From Trichinella spiralis (taxonomy: Eukaryota), in the NCBI RefSeq assembly GCF_000181795.1, contig NW_003526948.1, positions 1,978,980-2,042,979 on the forward strand: DNA of 64,000 bases, written 5' to 3'. The notes below the pieces were generated by a model that made no database searches, was not told the origin of the DNA, and was given only the letters and a program-made list of their open reading frames with translations. Made by a program: the position numbers and the translations under genes. Shown in pieces: positions 54,924 to 64,000 of this stretch. The number at the start of each line of letters is the position of its first letter. The first letter of the stretch is position 1.

Positions 54924-55369
54924 GGTCAACGTAGCCGAGCTGCTTGCTCTTCGAGCTGTCTGTCCACTCTCAACTGGACTGTCCAATGAGATGAAGACTT
55001 GAAGAAGAAGAGGTTAGTTGGTTGGTTGGTTGAGTGGATGGATGAGTTGGCGTGTAGAGTGAGCTGAAAAAGTGAAACTGTAAAAATTAAACTATTAAAC
55101 AAGATAATAAAGTAAGATGGTTTGGGTGGATAGTGATGTGTGAAATTGCAAAACGCGCCCCGGTAAGAATGCAAAATTGTTCGTTGTCGTTGAAAATACA
55201 AATTCAAATGGACAAGGAAGAAGAAGAAGAAGAAGATGATGATGATGAAGTAGCAGAAGATGGATATATACCGTCGTCGTGGTCGAAAATTAGAATATAA
55301 TAGATGGCTTGAAGAGACCGATGACAAGCCTCGCAGATAGTTCAGTGTGTAGTTCCAGTTTTAGTGTAC

Positions 55370-55540
55370 GTGTGATTCGACGGCCGTAAAAAAACCAAAT
55401 GCTATCTATATAAGAGACAGGAGAGAAGTGAGCAAAGAGCGATTGGAGCGCCACCACCAGCAATCAGCTTTTCGTCCAATGATTGGCAGAAACTGTTCAG
55501 GGCGGATCGAGCGCCCTGACTGGTCACTGACGTACGTCAA
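55370..55540 (-). promoter_or_regulatory. Putative spalt core/proximal promoter
   Basis: TATATAG (minus strand, 55406-55412); CCAAT motifs at 55442-55446 and 55476-55486 (CCAATGATTGG); GGGCGG at 55500-55505; palindrome TGACGTACGTCA at 55528-55539. All lie in a GC-richer block about 480-620 bp upstream of the exon-1 ATG. Confidence 0.55.
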
Positions 55541-58500
55541 ATTATAGTCGTTCCTATTCTTATTGACTAAAAGAGAGAATTTGTCATCAACGTTGATTTT
55601 GTTTTTTATTTAAATACTTACATATAGATATATGTATATTTATTTATATTTTATTTGAAATATTATACAATTTATTCAATCAAAAACAAACTAATGCTAC
55701 TGGACATGCAAGTTGGATGATGCAAATTGTCGAAATTTGTGTGGAAAATGAAAACAAAAAAAAAGATATTTCAACTGGGATAAATGCAAAATTGTACAGC
55801 CTCGAAAAATCGGACAAGACGAAATATACCGGTCAGTTTGAACCGTTGCTATGATGGAAAAATTACGACCTTCACTGACCAGTTACCAAAAAACACACGA
55901 AAAAATTAATAATTTGTTACATTATTCAAATTTCGAAACAACAACAGCAGTTTGATTGGTTGTTTTGCTTGCTTTGATTGGTGAGAGCAGTAAATTATCA
56001 TTAGAAAGGAAGGAAAAAAATTATCAGCGTTGTCATTTTGAAGAAATTTTTATTTGCCGATCGTCGTTCATCAAAAAAGTAACAAAGCAAGATAAATTGA
56101 AAAAGAGAAGAAAAAATATTCATAATTGTTAAATGAGGATAAAAGAACACCAACAACAAGCTTGGTATAATTTTCCATTTTCCAATTATTCAATAAGAGA
56201 ACAATAAAAAAGAAAGTCGTAAAAAATTATTATTTTTTCATAAATATTCTTTTGTTGTTGCTATTATTATTATTATTATTATTATTGGGGAGGTTTTTTA
56301 ATTAAACCATCTAGAGGGGACATTTATGCGTTGAAAACGGCATATGGGACGCCAAACCATCCGTGATTAAGCGCGCCGTTTGTCGCGCAGGTTTTCATTA
56401 ACTTCTTGCTCAGTGATACTTTTTTTATCGATTGCGGCAACATCAAACGGTAAGAGCCGCTTTTCTCGAAAAAGCAACCTACTAACACCCAGCTGCACAC
56501 CACGACCAAGCTGACATCGTGACCAATACCTGATGCAAGCAGCAAGAAGGCCATTGGTCAGCGGTCGTCCATTGGACAGTTGTCGTGGAAAAATTATGTT
56601 TAATAATTTGAGAAATTTCGAAGAAAAAACAAATGGTCGACGACGTCTAGACTTACTTACTGTCTGTGTTCAATTGACCAGACAGCATTTTGCGAAAAGA
56701 AACAAAACAAAACCGGTTTTGGAAAAAATTTGAATAAAGAAGCGATCCCCGTTCTCCTCTTGCTCTGCCTGTAGTGTAAAAAGTTTTCAAAAATCTGAAC
56801 GATCGCAACAACACAAAAATAAATAAATAAATATATATAATTCGAAAAAAATTACAATAATAATAATAATAACTTACTTGGAAAGTAAGGAAAAAAGTTT
56901 TTCTTTTTTGAAAATTAGGGCCAAAAAATATTGTCTCCAATTCAAACCGGACAAATTGTTCATCAAACTATTTTTATTGTTTCATTATTTTTTTTTTGGA
57001 ATATTTCAAATTTGGGAAATGAAAATTAATTCAATTCGTCGGAACGTGATTGTCCAAAAAAGAAAAGAAAAGAGAAGAAAAGAAGAAAAGGGAAAAATCA
57101 TCTTTTTCTTTTTTTTTCTTTTCCAGTCATAATACAATTGTGTACAATTTGGATTACGGTAAAAGTTGAAAATAAATATCAAAAATTTACATATGTTATT
57201 GATTTGTTTAAAAATTCGAAACAATCGTCAAAGAACAAAAAAACAACAACAACAATAATGCTATTACACACGCGCATGCACAAACATACAGACCGACAGA
57301 TATGCATATATTGTGCTTTGGAATGCAGTGAATTTTTTGGTATGGAAAATTAGTTCAACAAAAATCATCGGGTCAAAAAATGTGAATTAGTTCGACGCTT
57401 TCAACAACAAGCAATTCAAGCAAGAAAAATGGAGTAAAATGAAAAATATTTTCTTCTTCTTCTTCTTTTTTTTTGGTTCTCTTATTATTAGAGCATAGAG
57501 AAAATGGAAAATATTCATTTCGTCTCGTCAGAATCGAAAAAATTTTAATCGAACAATTATTAATTAAATTTATGAACAACAATTATGAGTTTTTTTTTTC
57601 AAAAAATTATTATTATTATTATTCGTACAAAATATTATGATTTATTATTAATTATAACTAATGAGCCTGACAATCAAATAAACGAATACGAATACAAGAA
57701 ATGTTTTTCAATTGACTTTCACCGTCTTCCGCCGGTAACTGTGTCCTTGCATGTATACATAGATAAATATATATATATATATATATATATATGCAGGCAG
57801 TATTTGTGTATAAATGTATGCGTGTGTGTCTGCGTTATCAATAAAGTATCGGCCATTTCTAGGTAATAAATTGTTACTGCTATCGTTAATGTATATTTAG
57901 TTTTGCCCCTGTCGCGCCAATATAGCTCAAACGTCTGGCTTTTATCCATAAATTGCACGAAAGCAATTTCTCATAAATTTCATTCATCATTTTCAAACAT
58001 GGACTTTTCTGCTTTGCTTTTCACATTCAATTGCATCACAAGCAGAAATGGAAACAATTTTGAATAATAATTTGACCAACAACAACAACAACTGACCGAC
58101 GATTTTATTATTATTATTTTTTTAAATTTATTTATCAATAATTTCAAATCACGGAAATAACAATTGTTTCCCATTGTTTATTGGCAATCATAACTGATGA
58201 GATCAGAATTTTCAATTTCTCTCTCTTTCTCTGCTTTGAACTCACTCACTCATCTAACTAAGATCATTGTGATTATCATCATCGTAATGGTCGTCAGTTG
58301 AATGCTAATTTTTGCAAAACAATGGAAAAAGTGTAAAATTAATAATTGAAAATATTAAAATTATTTCATCATGCATTTCATACAAAAAAAGGAAAACAAC
58401 TTACCGCTTTGGTAACGTCGTAGGAAGAAATTTTGCAAAATGTTGGTAATTAAAAAAAAAGCATCTCTACTAATTGTGCCCGATGCTATAATTTTCTCTC

Positions 58501-61500
58501 TCTCTCTTTCTACGAGACGACATTTTATTAAATTTGGTAACTGGTGCGGGCAGTGGAAATTTTGCCAATTTTTTCAAACTGCAAATCAACTGTCTCAAAT
58601 TATTAAACGCAATTCACGTAACAACAAATCAACCAATCGCTGCTTTTGATTTTAAAATGAATAATTAAAAAGAAAACAACAACAAAAATCCGAGAAAGAT
58701 GGGTTTCATTCAATAATATGTAAATTTTTTCTGACATTGTTGACAAGTTGAAATGTAACATCCATTGCCGAGATTGTTGAAAAACAACAAACACAACAGT
58801 GAATCACAATTGTCTTGTAATAATTTATTGATTGCAAGATGGATAATTTGATTTGAATGTATAAAAATAAAATAATTATTAATTGGAGAAGCAAAATTAT
58901 TTGACCGAATGAATTGAATTGTAATAAATGAATTGGATTTCAGAAAATGACCAAAATTTACCGTATGATTGGTTCCATGCTCATTATCCGCCGCACTGAT
59001 CGGACGGATGGTGAACAAAAACAAAAGAAAAAAATAACTATTTCACTTCTTTTTTTTACAAAATAACATAATTTATATTTAATATTTAGTAAACGATCAA
59101 TTATTGGATATGTTTTATATTGCGGACTTTCCTTTTTTCTGTTTATTTGTGATAAATTTCAAAATTAATAAATGACGTCAGTCGGTTAAACTAAGCCGAA
59201 AAAGAATTGAATGGAATGACTAAGCACGAAAATGGTCAATCACAAGCAAATGATGCAAATTTTCTTATTAATAATGGATAAAAATGAAATTTGAATAATT
59301 TCTAGGTTGTCGATGATAAGAGAATGATAATAATGGAATAAAAATCCGTTTGGGCATGAAATGAAAACAAAAAAGAAAGCACTGTGGTGTGTGTGTGTGT
59401 GTAAATGAAGAAATCCAATAAAGAAAATAAGGCAATCGCTTGAAAATGTTTTATTGTTATTTATGTGTTATCAAGCAATTGATGCTAAAAAAAAGACATC
59501 CATAAATCAGATAAATATAATCAAATAAATTACGTGCATAATAAAAATGGGGAAATTGAAGTGAACAGTTCGAAATGATAATACGACAAAAGGAAAATTT
59601 AAAAGAAAAAAAAAGAAAGCGTCTGCCGTGCTATTTGTTTATTAAAAGTAATCTGCAATGAGAGTGTAATTGAAATTTTATTTAAATTTGAAAAAATCAA
59701 AACGAAATGACTCACTTATTTCGACTGTATATTTTGCTTCGAAGAATAAAAACCAATTTCCACGTCATTGTTTAATCCCAACAAACGCAAACAAACAAAC
59801 AGAAAATTTGCATAAACTGTCGTCATTGTTTTCCTGAATGCAGCGTTGTTGTTCAATTATTTCCGCTTTGGCTTTTGTTTCGTTTTTTTCTCTTCTCAAA
59901 TTTGCATCACTTTTTCCCATTTGCAACAAGCTTTAAGCAGTGGTTTGTTTCGATTGCGATTATTTTAAAACCTTCAAAATCAGTTTTCAACTGTCATACT
60001 GAACAAACAGTCCAGATTAAAACTTGTCAAAAAATAACTTGTCCAACAAAAATCAAGGTTATTTTTCCTACAAACTGGTGAATGGTGGATGGAAATATTT
60101 TTTGAACATGCAAAAACTGCCAATAATGAAATTTATGTCCTCTTATTACTGTATTGTCGTCATCTTTTTATCATCTTTTTCTTATAATTTATACCAACGC
60201 GCACATCAAGCATAACATACATACATACATACATACATGTATTTTTTTTCCAAATATCAAACGAGCAAAACTGGAGAATAAAATACAATCAATCAATAAT
60301 GTAATTAATTGAAATTTCAATGTCTGAAACATCAATTTTTAATTATCATACATATATATATACATAAAGAAAAAAAACAAAGAAAATATATAAACCAGTT
60401 GTAGTTTTTATTGAACAATTAGAGCGATGAATGAATGTATTCACTCAAGTTAAAGAAACAATTATTCTACTAAATTTTTCTTCTTCTGCTTTTTTTTAAT
60501 CAAAATTTATGTTCACTTTAAGAAATTTATAATTTCACTAAAAATTCTGATCTATTTGTTCGCTTTTTTATTCAAATCAATTTCCATATTCATTTTCACT
60601 GTTATTTATTGTTTCAAACAATTTTCTCTTCCACAATATTCATTATTCAATATTCAAGTATAAATGTATAATGTCATTTATTATTCTTCAAAAATAAATA
60701 AAACTAGAATGTTTCAAAAAAAAATTTGCAATATAAATCGCTTTTATTGGCAACAACGAGCGTGTTGAATTTGAAAATATTTCATTTTTTAATAAATATC
60801 CCATATGCTATACACACACAGAGAAAAAAAGAAATTACTCTTTTATAAAAAAAATAATCATCATCATCAACATCTGTTTACCTAGTCGGAACGTGTGAGG
60901 GGACAACTTGCATTTACTATTAAAATGAATATTCAATTCAATTTGTGCGCCATAAATTTCCACTCAACCCGTTTATTGTTTCTTTAATAATGCAATTTCA
61001 AACGGACGCTTATCTCTGTTCGAGAAAACTCTGTGCCGATTTCAAATTTCTGACAACATCCAAAGCACGATTGCATGAAATGATATTTTAAATAAATAAA
61101 TATAAATAATCTAAACAATTGAAATGAACACTGCTCGATTATTTGGAATATTATGCTAATGTTCAGTGGGATCCTTTTGATATTGTTGACAGGACAGGGC
61201 AGCAGGTTTGAATCCGTGGCCGTCCAAAATCTGCCTTGATCAATATGATCACAACAGTAGATAAACCTTGCGAGACTGATATTGACCTCCTAATTAGGAT
61301 AATAATGCCGGCGTGTTCATCTGCCGCTACGCTGATCTGAATCATGCATTATTAAATAAACCAAATGTTCAACTTGTTTCGCCAATTGACGCAAGAATAG
61401 AACCGACATTTCTCTCCATGCAAATATTTGATCAAATTTGCATACATGTATTTTTAAAAAATTAATACAAAAAAAACAAAATGTAAAATAAATTTCAACA

Positions 61501-64000
61501 CTTCAACACAAAATCCAACCTAATCCAACACGCTGAACATGAGATTCCATCTTAATTTTCCTTTAAAAAATTAGGTCGTACAACTTTTTTTACAGTAACC
61601 GTTTTTATACAATTTCAAATTACAACGAACTGAACAATCGGGTGTTTGAAAGTTTCTTTTCAAAAAATTCAAATGCTACATTTTCACAAACTTATTGTAA
61701 TTCGTATTTTTTCCGGTAAGAAGAAAATTTTTATTAATTATATTTTTGTTCTCTTTGTTGGAAACTCGTTCCATATTTTATGCGTATACTTTTTTTTTGG
61801 TAGTAATTTTTGAAATCATCGTAATTTTTGCCACTTTTTCTCGCATGATCCGACGATAATTTTTTTTTCTTTCGTCTCAAAAGCTAGCCTAGTGTGGAGA
61901 AAGTTCAAGTTCATTTTATGAATGGCAACATGTTTATTTTATAGCGGAAATTGATTGATCGAAAATTGGGGGAAAAATTCAATTCGAAATATGCTCTTAT
62001 AATGTGCTTTTTTTGCCAGTGTTGCATTTGGAAAAAATATGAAATCAATTGCACTTTTTGTTCTTTTTCGTGAACAGTGTTCTTTTTTCTTCTATATATA
62101 TATGTATATATGAGAGATATTTAAATTTTAAATTATCAAAAGGAGAATGGAAAAATGGGGGACAAAATTGACAGAAAACAAATATTCGATTGCATAAATC
62201 AAAACCTTTCTCATTAGAGAAATTTATTAACTACGCAATCGTGGAAATATCAAAACGTATTTTGCATAATTTATTGTCGCTTCAATTGTGAAACGGTTAT
62301 AAATTTCAAAGCAATGCAATTATTACAAGATGAGCTGCTTGCGAACATTTTATTCTCTTGTATAGCAATCAAATACTTTTGTTCAGCATTGTCAGAAATG
62401 GACTTTTTTTGTTTCTCATAGCAACATAAAATAAACCTTTTATAATTCATTCAATATATTTTCTTTTTGTTTCAATTTAAAATTTCTCATCAATTTTAAT
62501 ATTATTCAAGTAGTATAAAATTAATATGACAATAATAATGATAAAACGTATCAATTGATCGTGTTTTTATTTACAGTTTAAAACTTTTCAAAGAAAAAAA
62601 AATATTTTTTTTTTCTCCCTTGCAGTACGTGTGAAAAATTTGTTCGTTCTTACAAATAATGAGCAGGCAACTTATGACGACATCATTTGTGTCATTGAAA
62701 AGCTTCACCTAATGTAACTTTAAATAAATCTTCATTATTATAGAAATAAATAGTGCCGTCAATCATCATATAAGGACAGACGTCACTGATAAAAATAAAT
62801 ATTTAATAATAAATCACAGCATTATTGCAAAAGATAAATTTTACAATAAATTAACCCTGCTTAAGTGAAAATTTTCAATCTTGACAACAGATTCACAATA
62901 ACTGTTTATCAACTTATTCGTTTATTTTTGTTTTGCAGATCACTTGCATCTTGCACATCACTTTTGCAGGAAAAAGCCTACCATTTCAAATTAGGGTTGA
63001 TAATTTTAACATGAAATTCATAATTTTTTTTGATTATATATCTATATTGTATTATCATCTACCTCGTTGGTGATAAGATTAGAAATAATCAACGTTTGCA
63101 AAGTTGGTATAACAATAAGAGATTATTTGCATGAAACATATTGATCGATACTGGTAAATTGTAGAATCATTGGAATTTTTTGTCATTTATTTAACTTTTC
63201 TATACAAAATGTATACGTTTGCATGTGTGCAGCGCTAAAGCATCATATGGGCTGTGGTGGAGGAAAACAAAAAGAGAAACATGTAATATTGAATCGAAGT
63301 AAATATTTATAATTCCATAAGCTTTCTTTAGATTTTTGTTTCAATAAATTAATAATAATAATGCCCATTGGCCCCTCCCCCAGTTAACTTTGGAAGAGTG
63401 CAGTCGAAAAGCGGAAAAATCAGAACCAATTTCCAATTAAAATACTCATAGCACAATTGACCCATATCGATTATCATTGTAATAAGGTTTATATTGAAGC
63501 TGCTTTTATAAACAGATGTAATGAATAATTGGTATGGCATGAAGTTCTAAACTAATTTGGGAATAAAATAGGCGCGTTCATTACTTTGTTGAATATGAAA
63601 TTTTGCTTTCATTTAATAAAATGAATCTGCACAGTGGAAGAAGTTGAACATTCGACCGACAAACAAACGTAAACAAGTAAAAAGCATGAACAGTTTACCG
63701 GGATTTGAAGTAGCTTGTGTAGCACAGTGTCGGTGTTTGCAATGGAGCCAGTGTTCTTTTTTATGTTAATTTCAGAAATACATGCACACACATATATATT
63801 TATATGAATATAAAAGAGAGAATAATAATCATTTGGACAAAAATGGCAGAGTAATTTTTCTGGTAGCAAAACTGATGTAATAATAATTGATGGAATTTGG
63901 CAGAAGAGAAAGAAATAGAAAAATCAGCATATATGCGCGTGTGGATTGAATGTGGAACCAGAGAACCAAGTGGGGACGACGTTGGCAAAGTAGTGCATAG

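Noticed and set aside
63349..64000. Short ORFs at the right edge
   Set aside because: No motif or consistent splice structure; cannot be judged at the window boundary.

Overview
AT-rich eukaryotic DNA with many short (about 50-100 bp) GT-AG introns and abundant microsatellites. It is most consistent with an early-branching (clade I, Trichinella-like) nematode; this is inferred from composition, intron size and gene content, not from a search. In order: the 3' end and LTR of an internally deleted BEL/Pao retrotransposon; a small 3-finger C2H2 gene; an apparently intronless type II PI4-kinase-like gene spanning an N gap, with catalytic residues substituted (pseudokinase or pseudogene); a GC-rich non-coding block with three tandem hairpins; a Snail/Escargot-type gene; a small Cys-rich membrane ORF; a secreted ShKT-like + DB-module gene; MSH4 (him-14); an MTMR10-type pseudophosphatase with a hAT MITE in one intron; a Csk kinase with no visible SH3; and a spalt/SALL (sem-4) gene with an 8.1-kb first intron, a motif-rich promoter and about 8.5 kb of upstream gene-free DNA. 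Gene models were spliced by hand and no database was searched.
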